This document shows positions 9,192-16,902 of a DNA stretch of 22,941 bases, one piece after another. The translations under genes and the position numbers were made by a program. Every line of letters begins with the position of its first letter. The stretch's first letter is position 1. The notes below the pieces were generated by a model. It was not told where the DNA came from, did not search any database, and saw only the letters and a program-made list of their open reading frames with translations. Source of the stretch: Candidatus Parcubacteria bacterium (lineage in GTDB: Bacteria; Patescibacteriota; Patescibacteriia; Patescibacteriales; BM507); assembly GCA_002869265.1 (NCBI GenBank), contig PKTH01000019.1:1-22941 (forward strand). The letters are read 5' to 3'.

Positions 9192-11348
9192 TTATTTTCG
9201 ATATATTCTGAGACTGTTTCCGATAATAGTTATGTCTGAAAAACTCATAGCCAAGGCTCCGACCATTGGATTTACAAAGCCCAAGATTGCCAAAGGGATA
9301 GCTAAGACATTGTAGAAAAAAGCCCAAAAGAGATTTTGTTTTATTATGTTGAAAGTTTTTCTAGAAAGCTTAATTGCTTCAGCGATTTTGATGGGGTCAT
9401 TTTTTAAAATAATAATATCTCCTGATTCTTTAGCAATATCAGATCCAGAGCCCATAGCAATGCCTAGGTCTGATTGAACTAGAGCAGGTGCATCGTTTAT
9501 ACCGTCACCTGCAAAAACCACTTTTTTGTCATTGGCTTGTATTTTTTTAATCTCGGCCAGTTTTTCGTTAGGAAGAACTTCGGCTATGAACTTTTTTATT
9601 CCTATGTTTTTTGCTACGACTGAAGCCGGAGTTTTGCCATCTCCAGTTAACATGATTGTCTCAAGCCTCAGTCTGGATATCATAGAAATGGTTTCTTTAC
9701 TAGTCTTCTTAATTTCATCTGCTATAAAGACAGCTCCAATGACTTTGTTGCCGTGAGCTACAAAATTGATTGTAGCGCCATTATTTTTTTCTTGTCTTAA
9801 AACCAATTTGGCCCAAGTGGTATCAATTTTCTTTTCTTCTAGTAATTTAATATTGCCAAGAAAAAGCTGAGTTTCGTGTGTTTTACAATTTGCTCCAATT
9901 CCAAGGCCTGCGTATTCTTTAAAATCTTTCATTTCAACCAGTTTGGATTTTTTAGATTTAGCATATTTTAAGATCGCCTTTGAAAGAGGGTGATCTGAGT
10001 TTTTGGCCAGTGAGCCAGCCACTTTAATAAGTTGTTCTTCCGGAGTCTTGTTGCAAAGAATCTTTTGGACACTCGGCTCACCCTTAGTAAGAGTGCCCGT
10101 TTTGTCAAAAACAACAGTGTCAATATTTTTTGCTTTTTCAAAACTTTCTCCATTTTTTATCAATATGCCGTTTCTTGCTCCAACACTAGTGCCAATCATA
10201 ATAGCTATAGGGGTTGCGATGCCAAGAGCACAAGGGCATGAGATAATAAGAACAGCTACGGCATTGATTAAACTTCTTTCAATATCACCACTTATCATAT
10301 ACCAAGACAAAAAGGTTAGACCAGCAATTGAGATAACAACTGGGACAAAAATGCCAGCAATCTTATCGGCTAGTTTTTGCATTGGAGCTTTATAAATTTG
10401 CGCCTCCTCGACAGTTTTAATGATTTGGGCCAGCATGGTTTCACTTTGTTTTTTTGTAACACATACTTTCAGAACTCCATTTAGGTTGATAGTTGCTCCA
10501 AAAACTTCATTATTAATTTTTTTGGAAATTGGCATGCTTTCACCGGTGAGCATGGACTCATCGATATTTGAAACCCCTTCAACAATTTTACCATCTAGAG
10601 GTATTTTCTCTCCTGGTTTAATTAAGAGAGTTTCTCCAACTGATATATTTTCGACTTCAAGCTCTATTTCTTTTCCATCTCGAATAACTTTAGCCTTTTT
10701 CACTCCTAGCTCCATTAGTTTTTCCATTGCTCTTGAAGCTTTATTTTTAGTTTTCATTTCAAGAAAGCGCCCCAAAAGAATAAGAGTAGCTATAGTGGCT
10801 GCGCTCTCAAAATATATATGGCCACCATTAAACATTGCCCAGAGACTATAGAAATAGGCCGATAGTGTTCCTACGGATATTAGGGTGTCCATATCGGCTC
10901 TTTTATTTAAGAGGGATTTAAAAGCATTTTTGTGGAACTGCCAGCCAAAGACAAAAACCACTAAAAATGACAAGTCGTGTTGAATCCAATTTGTCAGACT
11001 TACTCCCAGGAACGATCCTGGGACTTCCCACATCCAAAACATTCTGATAAATATTGGAAGAGTAAGAATGATTGAGGCAATTACTTTCAAGTATAAAAAC
11101 TTTTCCTCAGAATTTTTTTCTTCTTTCTCTGGAGAGTTGGGGTCTTTTATCTCAAAACCGGTCCCTTTTATAATATTTTTTATTTGTTCTAGATCTATTT
11201 GAGACTCATCGTATTCAAAGATTGCTTTCTTGGTAGCAAAATTTACATCTGCTTTCTGTATGGCATTGTTTTTCTTTAAGGCGATAACAATGCTTTGAGC
11301 ACAGCTCGCGCAGGTCATACCTGCTATATTTAATGTATTATTTTTCAT
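9192..11348 (-). CDS. copA: Copper-translocating P1B-type ATPase CopA
   Basis: N-terminal HMA domain GMTCASC, the CPC motif (SCPCALGIATP), DKTGTLT phosphorylation site, and GDGINDAP hinge. The start is placed at the MKNNTL ATG (11348) rather than the track's 11420, which would overlap the upstream gene. Confidence 0.88.
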   Translation of the reverse strand: MKNNTLNIAGMTCASCAQSIVIALKKNNAIQKADVNFATKKAIFEYDESQIDLEQIKNIIKGTGFEIKDPNSPEKEEKNSEEKFLYLKVIASIILTLPIFIRMFWMWEVPGSFLGVSLTNWIQHDLSFLVVFVFGWQFHKNAFKSLLNKRADMDTLISVGTLSAYFYSLWAMFNGGHIYFESAATIATLILLGRFLEMKTKNKASRAMEKLMELGVKKAKVIRDGKEIELEVENISVGETLLIKPGEKIPLDGKIVEGVSNIDESMLTGESMPISKKINNEVFGATINLNGVLKVCVTKKQSETMLAQIIKTVEEAQIYKAPMQKLADKIAGIFVPVVISIAGLTFLSWYMISGDIERSLINAVAVLIISCPCALGIATPIAIMIGTSVGARNGILIKNGESFEKAKNIDTVVFDKTGTLTKGEPSVQKILCNKTPEEQLIKVAGSLAKNSDHPLSKAILKYAKSKKSKLVEMKDFKEYAGLGIGANCKTHETQLFLGNIKLLEEKKIDTTWAKLVLRQEKNNGATINFVAHGNKVIGAVFIADEIKKTSKETISMISRLRLETIMLTGDGKTPASVVAKNIGIKKFIAEVLPNEKLAEIKKIQANDKKVVFAGDGINDAPALVQSDLGIAMGSGSDIAKESGDIIILKNDPIKIAEAIKLSRKTFNIIKQNLFWAFFYNVLAIPLAILGFVNPMVGALAMSFSDITIIGNSLRIYRK

Positions 11349-11359
11349 TTGATTTGTTA

Positions 11360-12847
11360 TTAATTTCCGCAGCCTCCACCGCAAGACCCACCGCAAGACC
11401 CACCACATGAACCGTCGCAACTTGAGGCTCCACTTTCTTTACCAAGACTGGCCGCTGAGACTGGGAGGGGATCTTTTATGATTGATCCTGATTTTGTACC
11501 AGCCTCTACTACAATAAACTTACCCCAAACCATTCTCATCCAGCAGCTAAATTTTAGCTCTCCAAGTTTTGTTGGAGTGAATTCAATTATAGTTTCTTTT
11601 TGATTTAGTTTTCTCTTGATTGTCCCAGTTTCGTGATAAAGAAATATTTCATTTGTACAGCCAGTAACTCCTTTGTCTAGTATTTTCCACCTAACTGGTA
11701 TGTCTTTCTCAATATAAATTACATTTGGCTGATAACCTGAATAGGTAACATCCATCTCAATTGTTTGGACATCTTTATTGGTTTCAAGCGGTTCGGACAA
11801 GGACCCCTCGGCTTTGATGAGAGATGTTTTGAAGCCAACTCCAAAATTGGTTAAACCTCTATTGACCATCACCACCCCCAGTAAAACCACTATTGCTCCT
11901 GAGACTTTAATAATTTTTTTAACTCGAGCACCACTAAGCATACTGATTACAGTTCCAAAGCCAAACATTAAGGGGATTGTCCCAAGTGCATAGAGAAACA
12001 TTGAAATAGCTCCCTGGGCGACACTTCCTGTTGTTAGGGCATATAGTTGCATTGCTTGCAGGGGACCGCAAGGCATAAAACCAGTGAGTAATCCAACAAG
12101 AAGTGGCCCTTTTGGTTTTGAGCTATTTTTATTTTTGTATAGATACTTTGCAATAAACTCAAAAGAGCCGAAAATCTTTGATAGTTTTTTGAGATGTTTG
12201 TTGTTAGTAAAAATAGACAAACCCATAAAGATCATCAAGATCCCTGCAACCAAAAGCAGTGCCCCTGAAAAGCTTGGGTTAACACCGAAAAATGAACCAA
12301 AACCTCCCAAAACTGCTCCAATTATAGTGTATGAGATTAGTCTGCCTAGATTGTATTGAAAATGTTTTTTTGATTCTTTGTTATTTGTGCTCTTTTTGCC
12401 AGCAACAGTATATGAAACCACGAGTCCACCGCACATACCAACACAATGAAAGCTAGCCAGAAAACCAATAAGGATGATTAGGGGATAGCTTACGCTAGAT
12501 TCATTTAGTTTAGCTAGTATTTCAAAAGTTCCTAAAAATTGAATCAGAAAGTATGCAAAAGCAAAAATTAGTAATAGCGAAATCCCTAAAATAATTTTAT
12601 AAGTAGCCGAAACTTCTTTTTTTTCTTGTCCGTGCCTTGAATAATCCTTTGGTGTATATCCAAGCTCGGTGATTTTTTTGAAAACCAGGTCTTTAGCTTT
12701 TTTATTAGCAATCTTTAGAGTAGCTTCCTCGTTGACGTAGTCTACTGAAATACTTTGAACGCCGTTTATATGATTTACCTCTTCTTCGATTAAGCTTTTG
12801 CATGATTTACAATGTATGCCAAGAATCTTTATTTTAAGTTTTTGCAT
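11360..12847 (-). CDS. Fusion protein: HMA metal-binding domain, then a UreH/DsbD_2-like permease core, then a cupredoxin-like C-terminal domain, then a Cys/Gly-rich tail
   Basis: N-terminal GIHCKSC HMA motif. The membrane core carries FHCVGMCGG and FMPCGPLQAMQ motifs. The C-terminal domain resembles cupredoxin strands (KFSCWMRMVWGKFIVVE). The tail is SSCDGSCGGSCGGSCGGGCGN. Confidence 0.6.
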   Translation of the reverse strand: MQKLKIKILGIHCKSCKSLIEEEVNHINGVQSISVDYVNEEATLKIANKKAKDLVFKKITELGYTPKDYSRHGQEKKEVSATYKIILGISLLLIFAFAYFLIQFLGTFEILAKLNESSVSYPLIILIGFLASFHCVGMCGGLVVSYTVAGKKSTNNKESKKHFQYNLGRLISYTIIGAVLGGFGSFFGVNPSFSGALLLVAGILMIFMGLSIFTNNKHLKKLSKIFGSFEFIAKYLYKNKNSSKPKGPLLVGLLTGFMPCGPLQAMQLYALTTGSVAQGAISMFLYALGTIPLMFGFGTVISMLSGARVKKIIKVSGAIVVLLGVVMVNRGLTNFGVGFKTSLIKAEGSLSEPLETNKDVQTIEMDVTYSGYQPNVIYIEKDIPVRWKILDKGVTGCTNEIFLYHETGTIKRKLNQKETIIEFTPTKLGELKFSCWMRMVWGKFIVVEAGTKSGSIIKDPLPVSAASLGKESGASSCDGSCGGSCGGSCGGGCGN

Positions 12848-12890
12848 GGTGATTAATTTATTGTATTAAGTAAGAATGCTAAATAATTTT

Positions 12891-12909
12891 ATACCTCCCC
12901 CCTAGGTAT
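12891..12909. promoter_or_regulatory. Candidate CsoR operator (ATACC-C7-TAGGTAT pseudo-palindrome)
   Basis: ATACCTCCCCCCCTAGGTAT has inverted ATACC/GGTAT arms around a G/C homopolymer. This resembles known CsoR operators (TACC...GGGGG...GGTA). It sits about 9-27 nt downstream of the -10 of the promoter for the permease-copA transcript. Confidence 0.45.
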
Positions 12910-12917
12910 GTAATATG

Positions 12918-12946
12918 ATTTTATTCTTCTTTTTTATTCTTGTCAA
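12918..12946 (-). promoter_or_regulatory. Sigma70-like promoter for the HMA-permease/copA transcript (TTGACA-N17-TAAAAT on the minus strand)
   Basis: Reverse-complement reading: TTGACA (plus 12941-12946), 17-nt spacer, TAAAAT (plus 12918-12923). Confidence 0.45.
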
Positions 12947-12972
12947 ACTAATGTTTTGAAATATGAGACATC

Positions 12973-13000
12973 AAAAAAACAGCACATGAGCTGTTCTTTT
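12973..13000 (-). terminator. Candidate terminator after copZ (minus strand)
   Basis: AACAGC-TCATGT-GCTGTT hairpin followed by a T-run when read on the minus strand. Confidence 0.4.
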
Positions 13001-13020
13001 GATTTTGGCTATTCTATGGA

Positions 13021-13239
13021 TTATTTTACGCTAAAACTTTTTATACCATAGCCGAGAGATTTTAATTTTTTGAATGAATTGTTCTTTGCTTCGTCTGAGT
13101 TTACTACTAAAACAGCGTTCTCTTTTATGTGATTAACATTAATTTTCTGAACTCCTTCTATGTCTTTAAGTTCTGTTTCTATGATCAGTTTGCAAGACAT
13201 GCAGTGGAGATTGCTTAGTTCAAGTTTGATGGTTTGCAT
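13021..13239 (-). CDS. copZ: Copper chaperone CopZ (HMA domain)
   Basis: 72 aa with the MxCxxC motif (LHCMSCK) and the ferredoxin-like HMA fold pattern. Confidence 0.8.
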   Translation of the reverse strand: MQTIKLELSNLHCMSCKLIIETELKDIEGVQKINVNHIKENAVLVVNSDEAKNNSFKKLKSLGYGIKSFSVK

Positions 13240-13248
13240 AAAAAAGGA

Positions 13249-13521
13249 TTACTTGTTTGAAAATTTATTTACTTTAATTATTTCATCAATCATTTTTTGT
13301 TTAAGTTCTTCATTTTTGGCAGCCATAGCATTCTTAAAACAAGTATTAAGGTGTTTTTTAAGCACTTCTTGATGAGCTGACTTTAAAAGCCCAATAACCG
13401 CAAGGTTTTGTTGCATCACGTCTACACAATATTCCTTATTCTCAATCATGTCTATTATTTTGTTGATAAGACTTCTAGCCTTTTTGAGACTAATAAGTAC
13501 TTTCTTGTCATCCATGCTCAT
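13249..13521 (-). CDS. csoR: CsoR/RcnR-family copper-sensing transcriptional repressor
   Basis: 90 aa, DUF156-like. It has the C-H-C fingerprint (YCVDV ... SAHQEV ... NTC) at CsoR-typical spacing. It lies immediately upstream of copZ. Confidence 0.8.
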   Translation of the reverse strand: MSMDDKKVLISLKKARSLINKIIDMIENKEYCVDVMQQNLAVIGLLKSAHQEVLKKHLNTCFKNAMAAKNEELKQKMIDEIIKVNKFSNK

Positions 13522-13551
13522 AAATAAGCTTTGATAATTTATTGTATATTT

Positions 13552-13580
13552 AGTATATTATTCAATTAGTTGCTTGTCAA
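13552..13580 (-). promoter_or_regulatory. Sigma70-like promoter for csoR-copZ (TTGACA-N17-TATACT on the minus strand)
   Basis: Reverse complement of plus 13575-13580 is TTGACA; 17-nt spacer; reverse complement of 13552-13557 is TATACT. A divergent TTGACA box at 13589-13594 would serve the plus-strand gene. Confidence 0.35.
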
Positions 13581-13766
13581 CGCGCACTTTGACAAAAATG
13601 CTCATGTCAACTAAATTGGTAATATTCAGCTTTCATTTTTAAGATATTGTTGACATTGGTTCTTTTCATATATTTTTTGGCTATCTCCAATTACAGATAA
13701 ATCAAAAAACAAAATAATAGAAAGAAAAACTAATATAAATTCATTGGACGAGAAAGGAGAAATGAT

Positions 13767-15170
13767 ATGTGTGGGATTGTTGGGATTTGCTACAAAGATT
13801 TTCAAGCTGCTCAGGGGGTTTATACTGGCTTAATGAATCTTCAACACAGAGGGAAGGAGACAGCAGGGATAGCCGCTTATGATAACGGGAGGATAAGAGT
13901 TAAAAAAGGCAAAGGAGAAGTGGCACAAATTTTTCATGATCCTTCTTCTCTTTCTGACTTGACGGGGAACGTAGCAATTGGGCAAACCAGATATACAACC
14001 ACTGGAGGTTCTTACGATGCTCGTAATGCTCAACCGATAGCGAATACTTTTCGCGGAGAGGAATTTTATCTCGGACACAACGGGAACATTATAAACATCA
14101 ACGAACATGGATCAAATGGTCTGACTGGGGTATCAGATACTTTTCTTGTCGGAGAAATGATTAGTCGTTCGAAGGCTCAGGATTTTCAATCTGCAATTAT
14201 CGAAGCACTCCAACAACTAAAAGGATCTTTCAATTTTATTTTCCTATACCGCGGGAAGATTTACGTTGCAATGGATCGTTTCGGGTTTCACCCTATGTCA
14301 ATCGGCAAAAAGAGAGATGGCTTTGTTGTAGCCAGTGAGACCTGCGCTATTGATCAGATTGGCGCCGAATATGTCGCGGATATAAGCCCTGGTGAACTAA
14401 TCGTAATAAGTGAAGGGGAGATGGAAAAATACAGATGGACTGAAGAGAACAACAGTTTAAAGCTAGACATCTTTGAGTTTATCTATTTTTCTCGGCCCGA
14501 TTCTTGTATTCATGGAGTTGAGGTTGGTCAAGCCAGGTATTACATGGGCCAGAAGTTGGCAATGCAGTTTCCAATTGAAGCAGACCTGGTAATCCCAGTC
14601 CCGGACTCGGCTAATGAAGCAGCTCTTGGCTACTATGACGCAATAAAAACCGTTTATAAAAATATTGAGTTTCGCCCCTGGGCCTTGTTTCGTTCTCACT
14701 ACATTGGCAGGACTTTTATAGAGCCGATCGCCAACAACCGTGAATTAGTTGGCCAACAAAAGTTCAACCCTCGCCGTTCTCAGCTTCAAGGGAAAAGAGT
14801 AATTGTCGTAGACGATTCAATCGTTCGCTCAAACACTGCCAGAATGATAGCTCGCACTTTGAGAAATTTGGGAGTTAAAGAAATATATTTCTTGGCAGCT
14901 TCTCCCAAATATTTCAACCCTGATGTTTATGGGGTCGATACATATCGCAAAGGCGAGAGTTTGGCAATGCGGGAGTACGGGGGTGATGAAAAAAGACTTG
15001 CTTGTGCTATTAACTGTGATATGATTGGGTATTTAAATCTAGACTTGACTATTGGGTCAGTGTTGCAAGCGCAGGATGAAGTAGGAACGAAAATTTTCTC
15101 CCCGAATACTTTTTATACAGGCCCTTTCACTGGAGAGTATCCAGATGGTACAGGTCCTTATGAAGTTTAG
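13767..15170 (+). CDS. purF: Amidophosphoribosyltransferase (PurF-like; class II glutamine amidotransferase N-terminal domain plus PRTase domain)
   Basis: N-terminal MCGIVGI Ntn nucleophile, and a PRPP-binding VIVVDDSIVRSNTARMI motif. AAAGGAG ribosome-binding site upstream. GC content is visibly higher than in neighbouring genes. Confidence 0.8.
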   Translation: MCGIVGICYKDFQAAQGVYTGLMNLQHRGKETAGIAAYDNGRIRVKKGKGEVAQIFHDPSSLSDLTGNVAIGQTRYTTTGGSYDARNAQPIANTFRGEEFYLGHNGNIININEHGSNGLTGVSDTFLVGEMISRSKAQDFQSAIIEALQQLKGSFNFIFLYRGKIYVAMDRFGFHPMSIGKKRDGFVVASETCAIDQIGAEYVADISPGELIVISEGEMEKYRWTEENNSLKLDIFEFIYFSRPDSCIHGVEVGQARYYMGQKLAMQFPIEADLVIPVPDSANEAALGYYDAIKTVYKNIEFRPWALFRSHYIGRTFIEPIANNRELVGQQKFNPRRSQLQGKRVIVVDDSIVRSNTARMIARTLRNLGVKEIYFLAASPKYFNPDVYGVDTYRKGESLAMREYGGDEKRLACAINCDMIGYLNLDLTIGSVLQAQDEVGTKIFSPNTFYTGPFTGEYPDGTGPYEV

Positions 15171-15183
15171 TATTTAAAAAACA

Positions 15184-15216
15184 ACAGCCACCTCCCAAAT
15201 GAGGTGGCTTTTTTAT
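15184..15216. terminator. Bidirectional intrinsic terminator between convergent genes
   Basis: AGCCACCTC-CCAAAT-GAGGTGGCT 9-bp stem followed by TTTTTT. Confidence 0.65.
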
Positions 15217-15237
15217 TTGAGGACTTTCTAAGTTGGA

Positions 15238-15735
15238 TTATTTTAGAGCATCACTAAGAGTGGCACTCATCGAAGCAGGGAAACTAACAATAATTATTCT
15301 TTTTATGGCGAGGATATTATCTATACCCCAGGGGCATTTATCAATAATTGTTAGAAGTATTCCAACCACTATCAATGAAAGGCCATAGGTGACTAAAATT
15401 CTTTTTATATATTCGAACCAAAGTTTTTTGAGCTGGTCTTTGTAGAATCTTAAATAAAGGAACAAACCAATAAATAAAACCGACACTAAAGAAAGTAGAA
15501 GCACTCTATTAAGAGAAAGACTTTCTCCTAGCTTCCATGTCTCTTCTGTAAACCCAAGAGGGATGCTAAGGAGAGTGGCCCCAATTATGATTTGAGCAAC
15601 ATCACTTAGGTGAAGCTCCACTTTGAAACTTCTTACAGTGTGGTTAATGATGTTTCCTGCTTCATCAAGCACAGGAATAACTTTTAGAAGATAGCCATTC
15701 TTTATGCTTATTTTTGGCTGTATTTTTTCTTGCAT
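15238..15735 (-). CDS. Integral membrane protein, hypothetical (about 4 TM helices)
   Basis: 165 aa with hydrophobic stretches IIIGATLLSIPLGF, VLLLSLVSVLFIGLFLYL and GLSLIVVGILLTII. Confidence 0.5.
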   Translation of the reverse strand: MQEKIQPKISIKNGYLLKVIPVLDEAGNIINHTVRSFKVELHLSDVAQIIIGATLLSIPLGFTEETWKLGESLSLNRVLLLSLVSVLFIGLFLYLRFYKDQLKKLWFEYIKRILVTYGLSLIVVGILLTIIDKCPWGIDNILAIKRIIIVSFPASMSATLSDALK

Positions 15736-15811
15736 ATGATTAATTTGTTTGAATAATTATAAACATCATACCATGTTTTATAGGATCTTTTATGTTAATA
15801 TTTTTAATTAA

Positions 15812-15838
15812 AGAAAAAAATAGTCAACAAGACTATCT
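15812..15838 (-). terminator. Candidate intrinsic terminator after the DUF4242-like gene (minus strand)
   Basis: ATAGTC-TTGTTG-ACTAT hairpin followed by TTTTTTT when read on the minus strand. Confidence 0.4.
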
Positions 15839-15862
15839 TTTTCATTTTCAAAAAAGTGAGAG

Positions 15863-16114
15863 CTAAAAACCCTCTTTGACTTCAATGACTTCATCTGCGT
15901 CTCCACCGTGTGCTTCATGGTGGACGGCTGCTGCAGCTTCTTTGTTTGGGGCTTCGCACAGACAAAAGACTTTTTCTTCTTTTTCGTTGTACCAATATGA
16001 ATGAAACTTCACTCCATGCTTTGCCTGTACGGCTAAATCTTTTTTGTGAGCTTCTTCCAACCCCTCTTTTGTAATTCCTTTTGCATTTTTATGAATATCC
16101 ATGTAAAGAGGCAT
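15863..16114 (-). CDS. DUF4242 (SCO4226-like) small metal-binding protein
   Basis: 83 aa. MPLYMDIH...GVKF..YW..E...VFCLCEAP.KEAAAAVHHEAHGG..DEVIEV matches the DUF4242 family pattern, judged from memory. Confidence 0.6.
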   Translation of the reverse strand: MPLYMDIHKNAKGITKEGLEEAHKKDLAVQAKHGVKFHSYWYNEKEEKVFCLCEAPNKEAAAAVHHEAHGGDADEVIEVKEGF

Positions 16115-16268
16115 ATATTTAATTTAATAATTAGATTTAAACTTTATCATGAACTTATTAGAGCTTTGTTAACTTAGGTGATAAAAAATTTTTAAACTAA
16201 TTTGTATTTAATATAAATTTAACCTTAGGTTTATACAATTTAAAGTATAATATAAATAATTTAAATTT

Positions 16269-16712
16269 ATGAAACAAAATAAATCTTTATCATTAATTTT
16301 AATAATTCTTTCTTTGGGAATTTTTTTAACAGCCTGTACCACCCCACAAAACAATAGTAATGTTGTAAGCAACACCACAGATAACAACTCTATTATTGAA
16401 GATGAGAGTATGGATGAAAGCGATGTCGTAACATTCCAGTTGACTGGGGTAAACTTTAGTTTTTTGATGGATGGAGAAGAGGCTCCAGAGATTAGAGTGA
16501 AAGAAGGGCAGAAGGTTCGAATTGAACTCACTAGCACAGAGGGTTTTCATGACTTTGTTTTAGATGAATTCTTTGTAGCATCAGACAAGGTCGCTTTGAA
16601 TGAGTCAACATCGGTTGAATTTGTAGCAGACCAGAAAGGAACCTTTGAGTATTATTGTTCTGTTGGTAGCCATAGAGCTCAGGGGATGGTTGGAAATTTT
16701 ATAGTTGAATAG
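16269..16712 (+). CDS. Cupredoxin-domain lipoprotein (type-1 copper site C-x4-H-x4-M)
   Basis: Signal peptide with lipobox LTAC. C-terminal YYCSVGSHRAQGMVGNFIVE with an upstream HDF motif is typical of Cupredoxin_1/plastocyanin-like proteins. Confidence 0.75.
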   Translation: MKQNKSLSLILIILSLGIFLTACTTPQNNSNVVSNTTDNNSIIEDESMDESDVVTFQLTGVNFSFLMDGEEAPEIRVKEGQKVRIELTSTEGFHDFVLDEFFVASDKVALNESTSVEFVADQKGTFEYYCSVGSHRAQGMVGNFIVE

Positions 16713-16732
16713 AAAACAAAAAGAAAATAAAA

Positions 16733-16760
16733 AAACAGAGCCTCAGACTCTGTTTTTTTG
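16733..16760 (+). terminator. Intrinsic terminator
   Basis: ACAGAG-CCTCAGA-CTCTGT hairpin followed by TTTTTTT. Confidence 0.55.
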
Positions 16761-16819
16761 TATTATAAATATATTTACAAAGCAAGTTTTATGTTTTTAA
16801 ATATTTGTTCACAGTTTAA

Positions 16820-16901
16820 TTATAACACAAAACACTCCTAATATTAGGAGTGTTTCTTAATGGGTGGTCAAGCGAGAAAGTTGGCAAACTACATTGTTTA
16901 A
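16820..16901. repeat. Repeat copy A: a 24-nt perfect palindrome plus a conserved mini-ORF (MGGQARKLANYIV) that ends 1 nt before the stop of the 470-aa gene
   Basis: AACACTCCTAATATTAGGAGTGTT at 16831-16854. About 80% identical to copy B over about 75 nt. Confidence 0.6.
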
Positions 16902-16902
16902 T

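Noticed and set aside
11349-11420. Track start of copA at 11420 (MRRFMWWVLRW...)
   Set aside because: It would overlap the upstream gene by 60 nt and would add a Trp/Arg-rich extension absent from CopA proteins. The MKNNTL ATG at 11348, 11 nt after the upstream stop, is used instead.
13572-13596. Palindrome TTGTCAA-N8-TTGACAA that looks like a regulator operator between csoR and the purF-like gene
   Set aside because: The two arms are exactly the -35 hexamers of two back-to-back divergent promoters: the minus-strand TTGACA-N17-TATACT for csoR and the plus-strand TTGACA-N17-TAAATT. This explains the symmetry without invoking a binding protein.
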